A stretch of 63,650 nucleotides of DNA, counting the filler, from Octopus bimaculoides (Eukaryota), in NCBI RefSeq assembly GCF_001194135.2. It is 4 parts of 3 records of this genome, joined end to end, with 100 filler letters (N's around TTAATTAATTAA, not from the genome) between each part and the next. Parts side by side here need not be neighbours in the genome. Positions count along the whole stretch, not along the records: positions 17,884 to 29,195 come from NC_069000.1; positions 29,296 to 46,889 come from NC_068981.1; 2 more parts are not named here. The stretch is one strand, 5' to 3'. Positions 25,729 to 39,000 of this stretch are shown piece by piece; positions within the stretch are counted from its first letter, which is position 1; each line of letters opens with the position of its first letter. The position numbers and the translations under genes were made by a program. The notes under the pieces are model-generated. The model was given only the letters and a program-made list of their open reading frames with translations. It had not been told where the DNA came from and searched no databases.

Positions 25729-27097
25729 ACACACACACACACACACACAGACTATTTGAAGACTATGGAAATATTTACAAAACGTTTCACTTAATTTTTT
25801 TTCTCCAATTTAATTGTTTCTCTTATTTTACTCTTAGTTGAAAAAGTCTAAAAGACAGAAACTAGTAGAAAAATGTAGTTCATGATAAAATTATTGATCA
25901 ACCCATGGCTATAGTATAGAATACCACCAAACTACATTCAGCAGTGTGACCAAGCAATGAAGCACATGGTTCTGAAGCAAACTTTTGAATCATACAACCT
26001 GCGTCTGTACCCATGAGACAACCAATCCCCGAATAAAACTAGCTACCATTATTTCACAGTGGTAGGTAACAAGTGTTGACTTTGGTTCAATGTATGGCCA
26101 TTTTGCACAAGACAAATGCACATGTTTTTAGCCTATCTTAATTTTATGTTGAACCAAAATCACCATGTGTAACCTTCAGTTATATAAAGGTTATCAGGGT
26201 TATCAAAGTTTCTTCTTGATAAGAATGATACTCTAAGATACTCTAGCAGTCACAGAAGTGTTGTAGTCTGGCACATACTGTTGAATGTTTATTACCATGA
26301 GAGTTCTTTAACAACTAATCCAGTGACCAATGGTATTATGTTGTTAAATACACTGGTATGCAATGCAATCTTAATTATTAGAATTTAAGTTGATTTATTT
26401 CAACTAATGACAAAACACTGCATACCATAATATGCATTAAATGTGCTCAAGTGTAGCATAAATTTAAGGGATGTCACTCAGGTGTCAATTATTTTACAGG
26501 AACTTACATAATATCGAGTATGTTCTTATCATTTATTGACATGAATTTACTAATTTACTGTATAATATTATACTGTAACATATGGTGTATTCTGGCAGAC
26601 AGTTAATACAAGGGAGATAATAATTTCTTCTTACTTGGCAAAATTAGAAGTTTGAATTTGAAATTAAAGAATAAGGGAAAAGATGTATGGAATGCAAATA
26701 TTTCATCTATTTTCTTTCTTTTTTTGTTCCGAAGTTCATAAAACTTCTAGCCAGGGATAATCATGTGTAGCACTATTTCATTCATTTTAGAAATTACCAG
26801 TGTGTCAGTCATAATCTGAAATATATTAATTGAACATTTTATGAAGTGAAACATTTCTTATAGATGGAAAGGGGTTATAATCTGGAAAGAATTCATTGAA
26901 TGTGTGTCCTTTTACCCTTTTTCATCATAGAGTGTTAGAAGATAAACTGGAGGTGCAAAAATCGTGTGTGCAAGATGAAGCTTCATATAGATGAAGATTA
27001 TAAAGAGCTTAAAGAGACTGGGATCCGTAATCACGCTTCCACTGCTGCAGAGGTAAAAGCAAGGATAATAGTTCCAAATATTAAAGTAAAGTCTATT

Positions 27098-27372
27098 TCA
27101 GTTCTACGGGCATATGGCGTAGTGGTTAAGAGCGCGGGCTACTAACCCCAAGGTTCCGAGTTCGATTCACGGCAACGACCTGATTAATAATAGTAATAAT
27201 AATAATAATAATAATAATATAATAAAAGTAACATCGTTAGGAATGAGAACCCAGGTTCGAAATTTCCCCAAGACACCTGACGAAGGCTGGAGGGTATGTC
27301 AGCCGAAACGTTGTGTTAACAACAAACAAGATGAGACAAATATCCGTCAAATGTAAATAATGTAAATAATGT
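27098..27372 (+). mobile_element. tRNA-derived SINE with hammerhead-containing tail, 11-bp TSD
   Basis: A-box TGGCGTAGTGG (27115), B-box GAGTTCGATTC (27158), internal (TAA)n, (TGTAAATAA)2 tail; TSD TAAAGTCTATT at 27087-27097 and 27373-27383. Confidence 0.9.
27272..27317 (+). ncRNA. Minimal type I hammerhead ribozyme motif (putative)
   Basis: Stem I GACAC/GUGUU; core CUGACGA plus extra A; stem II GGCUG/CAGCC; GAAAC; GUU triplet; stem III is the loop-less palindrome ACGU. Confidence 0.7.
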
Positions 27373-27997
27373 TAAAGTCTATTCCATCTTGTGATGCCCC
27401 TCTGGAATTGTTTCCTGGATCGAATTTGGCATGCTGCTGGTTTCATTTAGGACAAAATGTGTACAAACATGTTGTGCAAGAAGGACTAAAATGCAGATAT
27501 CACGAAGATGACAGTTTTAGTCTAAAAATGTGGTGTTTTGTTGTCCTTGCCTTCCTGCCGGTTGATGATGTTGAAGATGGATATGAACAACTTGCAGATG
27601 ATGATGATATTCCACAGTCAATGGTATCCTATTTTGAAAATAATTATATAGGACAACCTAGAGGAAGAGGACAGAAGAGGCGACGCCTTGAACCTCTGTT
27701 TCCATTACCTTTATGGAATATTTGGGATAGATGTATGACGAGGATTGCTTGTACTACAAATAGCATAGACGCCTACTACAGTATACTGAAAAACACAATG
27801 AATATATATGATTAAATGTGAGGAAAGGTTTGCCAGTACCAAATTGCAGAAGTTTATGCAATGAGAAGAACCAAGCCAAAAGAAAAAATACAGAGATATG
27901 AACCTGTGTATAAAGTGTCATGGAAAAATATGATCCAAGCCAAAAAAATATTTTTCTAAAAGCCAAAACCACCACCACCACCACCACCACCACCACC

Positions 27998-28195
27998 ATC
28001 ACCATCATCATTTAATGTCCATTTTTTTATGCTGGCATGAGTTAGACAGCTTGATGGGACTAGGCAAGTCAGAAGACTACACCAAGCTCTGCTGTCTGTT
28101 TTGGCATGGTTTCTATGGCTGGATGCCCTTCCTAACACCAACCACTAAGCAGAGTGTACTGGGTGCTTTTTATATGGTGCCAGCATCAGTAAGAT
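27998..28195 (-). mobile_element. RTE-type tail, degenerate
   Basis: (CAT)n then TTTAATGTCC...CATGCTGGCATG...GCTGGATGCCCTTCCTAAC; reverse complement of the 23183 family. Confidence 0.75.
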
Positions 28196-29029
28196 TACCG
28201 ACTAAGTTGAAGGACAAGATCCCCTCAACTGGAGGGAGTAGTATTGAAGGACAGAAAGGTGTCTTGCATTAGAAGAGAGACATGGCTTCTGCAGGTGGAG
28301 AAGAGAGCAAAAAAAGTTGGTGAAGATGTGACAGACAGGGGCTGAACACCCAAGTTACAGGGTGATGTATATAGTGGAGTGGACAGGAGATTCGAGAGCG
28401 TGAGTAGGGTGGGTGAGTTCACAAGATTTTGAAAGGGGAGTGGGAGCTAGAGGTGAGTGGCAGGGAAGGGATTTAACAGGGGCATATTGTGTGCAGGCAG
28501 GTAAGTGGATATGTGAGGGAGAACGGAGGGGAGTGGTGAAACAGCAGTAGAGAGCATGGATGGGTTGTGGGAAATGGTGGAGAGGGTCGTTGACACAGAT
28601 TTTACTTTGCTGAGCAGGTCTTCTTCGCTGTGTATGTGTTCTATTTCTCACATATCACAAAAATATTATATTTCTATAGATAAGTTAGTATCATAACCTC
28701 TATCCCTATGACCTTTCTATTGTCTCTTTTTGTCATTGTGAACACTTGAAATTTCATACTTTTTTGTAATTGAGTAATGAATATTGTGTCAAGAAACTCC
28801 CAACAATTTATTTATTTATTATTTTTTTTAGCAATGTCAGTAAGACCAGATTTAAACCACAGGGAGCCCGGGGCACTTCAAGTTCGGTGGGCCCTTTATA
28901 CACAGGAATTAAAATCTTAGAAAATTACGAACTTTAAATCTCAAAACCCAGTTGATGAGTTAGTAGAGGAAATTTAGATAAATGACTGAAAACGTTGCTT
29001 TATAGATACACCTTTTCAAAATTCAAATA

Positions 29030-29116
29030 TCGTGCAGTCTTGGTGCAATCTTCCAGCTTACCAATTCTCAGTCAAACCCTCCAACCCATGCCAGCATGAA
29101 AAGTGGACATTAAACA

Positions 29117-29183
<67 letters not shown>
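29030..29183 (+). mobile_element. RTE-type tail fragment with long (GAT)n
   Basis: CTCAGTCAAACCCTCCAACCCATGCCAGCATGAAAAGTGGACATTAAAC(GAT)n. Confidence 0.8.
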
Positions 29184-29184
<1 letters not shown>

Positions 29185-31569
29185 ATATATATGTANNNNN
29201 NNNNNNNNNNNNNNNNNNNNNNNNNNNNNNNNNNNNNNNTTAATTAATTAANNNNNNNNNNNNNNNNNNNNNNNNNNNNNNNNNNNNNNNNNNNNTATAT
29301 ATAGTAGCAATGCATCTCGGCGTCGCCAAGGTGTTATAACGTACAGTCACATTGTATTATCTGTTAGTTTCTTCTGGTCAGAATAGTCTACAAACTCACA
29401 ATGTTTCACTGTCTTCTGATGTTTCACGCATTCTTAGAATAACAGCTGTAAAATAATCAGCCCGCCACCAGAAAACTCCACATGCTAGAAATAACAGGTA
29501 AACGATATTAATCCGGAAATGAATTATTTCCGCTTTCCAAAATACCTAAAAGTGAAATTTGGAAGTTTGTAGTTTTTTGAAAATAGTGAGGTAATTGCGT
29601 GGATGTTAGGGGTACGTGATTTTACTCTTCCTTTAAGAAAACAGATAGAGGAAAATTGTTAAAGATTCCTACTTTGTGTTGTTTTCCACGTGGATTACCT
29701 ACGAAAAAATTTCAGCACTGATTGTCAAGCCGTCAAGAAGTATTTGCGCTTATTTGTAGTATTGATGTGCCCGAGAAACGTGTATGAACATGTATAAATA
29801 TATATGGTATTAAAATAAATCATCTTTACAGACCATGTTTGTAATTATCTATATGACTGATAGCAAAGCGTGTAAAAAATGAAATAAATTCCAGGTTTAG
29901 ACATATGTCGATGAAGTTAGTGAAGTGGTAACATGTTGTTGAGGACATAGTGTCTCTATACATTATAATGAGAAATTGAAAGAGGGAGATAATGCTACTC
30001 TGTCAGCGGAAACAGGGAAGTGAAGTGGGAGGCGTTGCCTGCAAAATTAAGGGCAATCTTATTTAGACTTATTTACCATCCCAAAACAGTATACCATCAG
30101 AAGAAGACCCCACCTGACTGTATTTCCTTATAACATATAGGTGTTTTTTGATAATTTGTTTTTGTTGATTATTTTAATAAAATATGTATGTGCACATTTT
30201 CATAAATGTTTGCATAGCACGATCACCCTTATATAGTTGTTGGTGGCTTAGCAGTCATGGGTGGAGTACAAATTAAGAAGTATTGTTCAAGTTAGTCTTC
30301 TTTTGGAATGAAGAAAACTATGTAAATATAACTTCTTTTGCGCGCGCACACACATATAGACGCTGTATGTGAAACTTTCAGTAACAATTACGTTAGTTGT
30401 TGCTGCGTGCACGCACAAAATTACAGTTCGATTCCAGTAGAAATGTCCTATTTTTATTTTGTAATTCGTGTTTGTGGTGAGCGTATTGAAAATACTGAAC
30501 TTCGATATAAACTATAAAAGAATTTTGTTTCAGAAATCGTGTCGCGTACCTGNNNNNNNNNNNNNNNNNNNNNNNNNNNNNNNNNNNNNNNNNNNNNNNN
30601 NNNNNNNNNNNNNNNNNNNNNNNNNNNNNNNNNNNNNNNNNNNNNNNNNNNNNNNNNNNNNNNNNNNNNNNNNNNNNNNNNNNNNNNNNNNNNNNNNNNN
30701 NNNNNNNNNNNNNNNNNNNNNNNNNNNNNNNNNNNNNNNNNNNNNNNNNNNNNNNNNNNNNNNNNNNNNNNNNNNNNNNNNNNNNNNNNNNNNNNNNNNN
30801 NNNNNNNNNNNNNNNNNNNNNNNNNNNNNNNNNNNNNNNNNNNNNNNNNNNNNNNNNNNNNNNNNNNNNNNNNNNNNNNNNNNNNNNNNNNNNNNNNNNN
30901 NNNNNNNNNNNNNNNNNNNNNNNNNNNNNNNNNNNNNNNNNNNNNNNNNNNNNNNNNNNNNNNNNNNNNNNNNNNNNNNNNNNNNNNNNNNNNNNNNNNN
31001 NNNNNNNNNNNNNNNNNNNNNNNNNNNNNNNNNNNNNNNNNNNNNNNNNNNNNNNNNNNNNNNNNNNNNNNNNNNNNNNNNNNNNNNNNNNNNNNNNNNN
31101 NNNNNNNNNNNNNNNNNNNNNNNNNNNNNNNNNNNNNNNNNNNNNNNNNNNNNNNNNNNNNNNNNNNNNNNNNNNNNNNNNNNNNNNNNNNNNNNNNNNN
31201 NNNNNNNNNNNNNNNNNNNNNNNNNNNNNNNNNNNNNNNNNNNNNNNNNNNNNNNNNNNNNNNNNNNNNNNNNNNNNNNNNNNNNNNNNNNNNNNNNNNN
31301 NNNNNNNNNNNNNNNNNNNNNNNNNNNNNNNNNNNNNNNNNNNNNNNNNNNNNNNNNNNNNNNNNNNNNNNNNNNNNNNNNNNNNNNNNNNNNNNNNNNN
31401 NNNNNNNNNNNNNNNNNNNNNNNNNNNNNNNNNNNNNNNNNNNNNNNNNNNNNNNNNNNNNNNNNNNNNNNNNNNNNNNNNNNNNNNNNNNACACACACA
31501 TACACACACAAACACACACACGCACGCACACACGCACGCACACACGGACAACACACACATATACACACA

Positions 31570-31808
31570 GGCGGCGAGCTGGCACAAACGTTAGCACGCC
31601 GGGCGAAATGCTTAGCGGTATTTCGTCTGCCGCTACGTTCTGAGTTCAAATTCCGCCGAGGTCGACTTTGCCTTTCATCCTTTCGGGGTCGATTAAATAA
31701 GTACCGGTTACGCACTTGGGTCGATATAATCGACTTAATCCGTTTGTCTGTCTTTGTTTGTTCCCTCTGTGTGTAGCCCCTTGTGGGTAGTAAAGAAATA
31801 AGAAATAA
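31570..31808 (+). mobile_element. SINE family B, young full-length copy
   Basis: GGCGGCGAGCTGGCA head, B-box GAGTTCAAATTCC, intact CpGs, AAGAAAT tail. Confidence 0.95.
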
Positions 31809-34800
31809 CACATATACACACACACAAACTGTCTCATATCTATCATTTTCTTCAATAGTATTGTTTTTTTTTTCTTCAGTTTCGCCTGATCTTCCAAGTA
31901 ATATCTATTAATGAAAACTAATTTTGCTTTCAAGCAAATAAGTAGAAAGGTGAGAAACCTGATGAGGTGTCATTTACATTTCATTTCGTCTAAAATAGAT
32001 AATTCGTTGAAACATACGCACAAGTACTGAAATTTGATGGAAAGGGTTTTCCGATTACCTCGAATTATGTACCTGCCAGGTACTTAATTTGTCGGGCCAG
32101 GGCGGTAAAAAGCAAAGCTGACCACTACAGAATTCGAGCTTCAGAACGTAACGAGCCAAATGAAATACCACTTAAGCATTTTGCTTGCTTGTTAATGATT
32201 CTGCCAGCTCCCTGCTTCAGGTAATTATAAATAATAATAATGTAACTCATTCGACGATTATTTAAGTCGACTACATAGCTGAATGGATTATATTTCCCCT
32301 GCAAATATGAAGATATTATTCCCAGTTAGAAACATGACTATTATGTGATGGTAGAAACAGTAACTTTAAAAACTAGCTAGACTAACGTTATACAAACTGA
32401 GTGCCCAACACTGAATCTGAAATCGAAATTGTAAACTAGGTCGCTAAAATTAATAAATGCAAAAGTATATGTGAATGTATTAAGATTCCTACTGACACCA
32501 AGTTATTGAAGTCAGAGTATGCAATAGCAATTAAAACCTCTACGTAGATCAGATTTATATTATTATATCAGAATATCTAATTGATAGCCATACCATTTCG
32601 CATTTTACTAATATTTCCTTCGAAACTGCATCAAGTGTGTCTCAAAAGGAGTTAGGTCACAACAGTTATTAACCAAGAGGGTTCATTTTACGTACTGCCA
32701 GTATCAAAATATAATATAAATTTCGAAGAAGGTGCGTCCATTATTTAAGCGACCATATGTCCATATAATGGATTGCTCGATTGCTTCTATCCGGAAGATA
32801 AAACATGTCAATAATGGCCGGAACAAATTAATCCTCCGGGCTGAGAACTTATGGATTACATAAGTTTAAGCTACGGCTTATTGATCTGGAATGTGTGGTT
32901 TCAGTGTTAGAATTAGATACCAATATGGTGATATAATATCTAGAATATTGGCAGCGAAAGTATTTCAGACTCGAATTATTTGTGCATTATGCAATAGTTT
33001 CCTAGCATTTAATATGAGATATAACTATTTAGAATAAATTTTATACGATGTTGATATTCAGCTACAGGTTAAAATAAGATCAAACCTATGCTATTTTTGT
33101 TAGTTGTAGAAAAGCCACCTTATAATAAATATTTCCCATGAGTAAATCAATAAGAATTCCTCTTCTTGCTCGACCTGCTGGGAATAGACGCTATATTTTC
33201 TTCACATTACACGGTGACATCTTTTAAAAGTAAAATACTTGTGTCATATAGAAAAATGATAGACGTTAAATCAAACCAGAAAAAATAAAATTGTCCTGAA
33301 TGATCTTAAGTCCTGTTTATCCATTCTAATACTGGTCTGAAGTAATAGTAGCAACATTTAGTTAAGTGTCATTGCGTGCGTTTTCACGACTAGCAGCGTG
33401 TAGAAAATGGAAATGAAAATTGCAATACCACAAAAGCTAAAAGTATAATCATGTGAATTATTTATCTAATTATTTGCGAGCATTTAACTGTTACACCTAG
33501 CGTTTTGTCATTATCAATATTTATATACATAAATTTATTCATATATATATTACTCTCTCACCCTTACTCTCTCACTCTCTTCCCCTCTCTCTCACTCTCT
33601 TTCTCTTCCTTTCTTCTTCCCCCCCATACCCCTCTTCCCTCTCTCTCACTCTCTTTCTCTTCCTCTCTTTCTCTTCCTCTCTTTCTCCCCCCATACCCAC
33701 CNNNNNNNNNNATTCGTAACTCATTTAATATTACTAATACTGTGAACAGCCAGACAATCCACTGCATGCACCTTCTTGTATATAGAGGTTTGTTTTCATG
33801 GGGTTTGAATTATCTACTATAAACATCGTGAACATGCTGCATTGTATTTTAAAAACAGATTTTTCTATTAATCTAAAAGTGTGCTTTCTAATTATTAATT
33901 GCATGGAAAACTACAATGGTATTATTACAATTTGTGCCTACAATATTATATAATACGAACTCGCAGAATCATTAGCAAGGATAAAAATCTGAACGGCATT
34001 TTTTCCAGTCTTAAGTTGTGTTTAAATTCCGCCGGGGTCGATTCTGTCTTTCGTCATTTCGTGGTCGATAAACTAAGTACCAGTTGAGCATTGGCCTCGG
34101 GGTAATTGATTCGTGTCTTACTCCAATATTTCAGCCCTTGTGTCTATAACAGAAATGATATCATGTACCACAAAACAATTGGAATTTCATGTCCTCTAAA
34201 TATATCCTTTAGTTTATTAAAATAGCAGTATGTGGCTAATTATCGCGCTGAGCCCGATAAAGCAGTTTAGTTAAAATAAGAAAAACAGTATAATCCCTCG
34301 CATACAATGAGGGTAAACAATATACATTTAAGTGTAACCTTTAAGACATCGGGTGATATGCGTATTGTCTATATCTCATCATTATAGCAGTTGTTTCCTT
34401 TAGATTCTATCTCAAATTACAATTCATTTTATTTTGAATTACATTTCAAAATTTATCTAATAATCAAAGTTTTCTATCATACGAGTAGTATACCGTTGCT
34501 CGACACTAAAACAGTAAATTGGTTGGTCTATTTTACGCACATATTCTCTCTCCCGAAATGGGGTCTGGACAATATTAGATAGATTCATGCATGCATTGTT
34601 AATTTCTAAAAATAGTTAAGCGCATAATTCTGATCTGCGTTCAGCCTATTAAATTGCCTCCAAAATGTAACTAGTATTTAAAATGTTAAGCATCAAAGAA
34701 GAGTTCGAGGATGTTGATCCCCTAACTTCGGAAAACGAAACTGAATAAAGTAAAACCACTTTGTACGTCGCCCACACGATTCAGCCCATAATTAGAATTT

Positions 34801-35969
34801 TCACGCATATACTACTGAAAACCGGATGCATGCGTATAAGTGCTTCCCTCATTAGAGCTTTGTCTCTGTACTGGAAGCATCAAATTGTTCATAAATCTTC
34901 TTTATGTATAGAAATGTGTGTTCTCGAGATGCTTCACACCAGCAGAGAAGAAGTTGACCTATGTAGAAAGGAGCCCACCTTTGTCACCTGTAACTACCGC
35001 TCTCTTATTAAGACATAGCATGCATTTCCAAATAATGAATTCAGCAAGATTCTTCTGCTATTTTTAGAAGATTGTTCGATCACCAAAAATTTACTCAGCT
35101 AATTCATTATCATGGAATACATAGCAGTAGTATTATATAAATGACAAACAATCTTCTGCATTTTCTCATTTAAGGAAACTGCACGGTGATTATAGAAGAG
35201 ATTCAAGAGCTTGGAGCATATCAATTTGTAGGATATCTTCCAAGGCTGAATTATATTACCTGTTTCGACTGTTTTGTGAGGAAACTGCTGAAGAGTTTCT
35301 TGCGAACTTGACAACTTACCATACATAGTTGAAGTAATTCGACAATGTGCATTTTCATAATGTTTTTCTTTTAGTGCTGTAATAGGAGAACTGCGAAACA
35401 GTATTTGAGAGGAAGCTTTGTGAACGTTATCAATATTCATAAAAATTGAACAGAAATTAAGAATACTTGCTGTTCTAATATAAATATGCGTACAGCACAC
35501 AGTGATATAGACAATATAGGTATTCGATAGATTTTGTGGGATAACATTTCATATGATTTAATTTACTTTTAATTGTCCCTATTAACCAATAGTCTAAAAG
35601 CGGTTCTATTTCTATAGTGTAAGTTCTCACTGCAAGGGCGTATTTTCTTTCAACTTTCGTGTTACGTATTTGCCATAGGTTACAATATTGTCAAAGGGGA
35701 AAATATCAGAATTAAATTGAAAGTAATTAAAATTTCAAATTAAAATAGTTACAATGAAAAGATTGTAACGCCAAACAATTCATGGTGTGTCGCCAAATAA
35801 AGTAAGTGTTGTAGTCGCTTCAGGCATTATGTGATGAATATATCTACATACATTCAATTATAAANNNNNNNNNNNNNNNNNNNNNNNNNNNNNNNNNNNN
35901 NNNNNNNNNNNNNNNNNNNNNNNNNNNNNNNNNNNNNNNNNNNNNNNNNNNNNNNNNNNNNNNNNNNNN

Positions 35970-36006
<37 letters not shown>

Positions 36007-39000
36007 ACTCTGTGTTATATAATGTGAATTAACTAAAGATATAATTGGAAAATTAAAGATCAATAAAATATATAATGAAACATCACCTTAAAAAAGATGT
36101 AATTAGTGAAGTTATTTCTGGTAAAACATGTTTTGCTCAAACTATTGAGAGAAAAAGTAAGAGAACAAATTACGTATTTTAAGTAGACGGGTCAATGTTT
36201 AATGTATCGGGGTATATAAAAACTACGTAAGGTGTTATACTGCGCCTTAGATTATATTGTATGGGCTCTCGCATGTGTGGAAACAATGTGTAAGAGCTTG
36301 CTATACACAGTATCCGTAGTGAATAGAACCGCATTAATTTCAAGTCGGGTTTGGCTGGATGTGTGTTGGTTTTTCTTTTTTCTTCATATTTATGAAAATT
36401 ATTTCTTTATTCTGCAAGTTATATATGTTAATGTATACAGCTGTGATTGAGACTACGTTCATTATTTTATTTTCCTGTGTTTGTCATGTTATTTCATAAT
36501 CGGTTGTGCACATATACGGAGAGGTTTCTCAGTTTAGATTTCTAGCGGCCAAATTGTGCTGCCTGTGTAATATTCGTTACGCATGGTGTAGTAGACGCCA
36601 TAAATTACAAAGTCGGTAGTGACATGTCTCAGCCGAACTTCAGGCCGTTTTGCAGTGTACTTATCTTTCTGTTCTTGAGGCACCATTTCTTACATTCACA
36701 TAGCTGTAAAAAAAAAATCACCTGAGAAAACCTATTGTATGTCCATTAATTCCATGTTGGTAATATTGCAGACACCAGCAGTTATGAAGTTGCTGAAATT
36801 TGATAACTTGCGAAAATAGGCGTTGGAAAATTTTGTTTCAGGGCCCACATTAAGCTCTGATGATGACTGATTACAGCTATGATGTGTTCATTTGGACTCA
36901 TACACGTTTTAGAAGTGTGTGATCATGATTAGTGTAATCTTCTGGTTAACTGAATTTAATCGAAAATTTAATCCATAGGTAGTTAGTGGATTGTTTTCAT
37001 ATGTGCCAGTTTTTAGCATTCAAACAAAGATGATAGAGGAAAAAGGCTTCTGTGAGTGACTTTGTTGATGATGTCGTTGTTGGTTGCAACGCCGTGCTAT
37101 TGAAATTTGTATGTCGAGTAGGAGAGGTACGAAGTGCTTTAGTATGTTCAGTGTCCGTGGACATCCATGATTACAAGGTGTAGTGGCTATTATAGACATT
37201 ATTATGTCAAATATGAAAATTTCTCAACCAATTCTTCGCAAATAATCACAGCAGAAAACACAATGCACAAACCCAAATTCTACTTTTTTTCCCCAAGGGT
37301 TTTGACAACCACACGGGAAAAACGGAAATATTAATCTAACGAATGCATTACCTTCACTCTTTCTCTGTCTCTTTTTCTCTCACTTTCTCCTTCCTTCTCT
37401 CTGTCTCTCTCTCTTTTCTCACTAATCTGTTGAATAGCAGCATAGTCGAGATGGTATGTTTTCTTCTCTTACTCTTATTTTTTTGCAAACATCTTCAAAA
37501 TGTCTTTCTAAAATGAAATTCCATTATGCAGCTGAGGAGTACATTTTCATTGTACATTCTGTGGTGTCCTCACTACATGAATACATGTAGCTTGTACGAA
37601 ACATACGTACTGCTATATAACCTATTGAATGTTGTTGCTTATCTTCAAATTCTCTCTCTTTTTGTTAATATTTTGAAAAATGAGCGTTTGAATACTAGGA
37701 CTAATTAAAATACTAGGACTAATTAAATCGTTTAAAGAGGCATTTTGATGTATTTTTATCATGGTTATTGAAGACTAATGTTGCAAAAGCAACCTTATCA
37801 TATTGATAGTGGTATAAAAATATAAGTACTTCGAGAACGTATCTCCTTCAGAGATTCAATATCATGTTAACGTCTAATTTCTAGAATGATGTTTCTCCAT
37901 GAACAATCTACAGTAATTGTTAATTATCTATTTCTGCTACCCAAGGTATATTGGACTTCCTCACAGAAAAAAGTTACGGCAAATTATTAAGACTGAGTGA
38001 AATTGAAGTAATAATGACAATAAAGTTGTAATAGAAGCAATCCACAACTTTAGCCATGATCTACGATTATCACTAAGTATGAAGACTATGAAGCTGTTAG
38101 GAATTGCGTATACGTGCTTTCAGTTACGTTAGAAAGAATTTTTCTCTATGATTGTAAGAAGAGTACAAGTCATAAAACAAAAGTCATAAAAAAAATATGT
38201 CAGCATCCTAAATCTAGACTGCAGATATTTACTCAGAGTAACAGATAAATGCACCTATATATCAAATTGAGCTGAAGAAGTTATATATTTCACTTAATAC
38301 GAAAACAGAGAGCGTGGAAAGATCACTTATGCATTTCATTTCGTGCGTATAAAAAAATTAGAAATTATAGGAAGATCGGTTAAATATTCTAAAATGCAGA
38401 AATACTGTACATTCATGAAGGAAATTTCTTATATTTCAGTCATTCTATAAACCTAGGAAACGCACTATGATCACGCACAAATATAATTTCTCTTAACATT
38501 CCGAGATAATGTCGACTAGATATACTTTGTGATGATTTAAGTACGTAATGAAGTGATACGTGCGTAAAACTAATATCGTATTACTAGAAAAAAAAGTCAC
38601 TATTCCAGCTGAATTTTTTCGAAATAGGAAGCCTTTGAACATAAGCTACAATTATTTTTGAAATAAATCTACAAAAAAAAAAAAAAAAAAAAGCGGAGAA
38701 TATATAAATGCGTGTCATTACATAGCTGGCATAGCTCTGTGAGGGATTGTAACGTTTAATTCGGTGCCGAAATACAAATTTCGAGTAGCCTGGAGGCTGT
38801 GAGACCGGAAACTTCCTATATAAAGAAATACAATTTTGCTGTGGAAATAGAAGACAATAAGATCTGACGATGCATTTCAATGTTAGGCGTTACCAAATTA
38901 TATTAAGTATTTGGAAGAAAAGTTGTAATATATAATAAATTTTCCGGATATGGGAGAATTATCGGAAGCTCATTTGCTATGGAGTATAATGAATGTAGGT

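Larger units (their letters stand above)
26880..27960 (+). pseudogene. FLYWCH-MULE (Mutator-like) transposase relic, SINE-interrupted and internally deleted
   Basis: 26948-27093 reads WRCKNRVCKMKLH...RNH (FLYWCH-like). The 27369-27815 ORF has CWFHLGQ, LAFLP, YFENNYIG, P.FP..LWN and TTNSIDAY, typical MULE motifs. Confidence 0.85.

Noticed and set aside
27108-27180. Apparent tRNA gene (loop CTACTAA)
   Set aside because: No paired acceptor stem; continuous with the SINE body and TSD, so it is a SINE head.
31958-31990. CCTGATGAGGTGTC hammerhead-like core
   Set aside because: No complementary stem II or GAAA; lies near a degenerate SINE.
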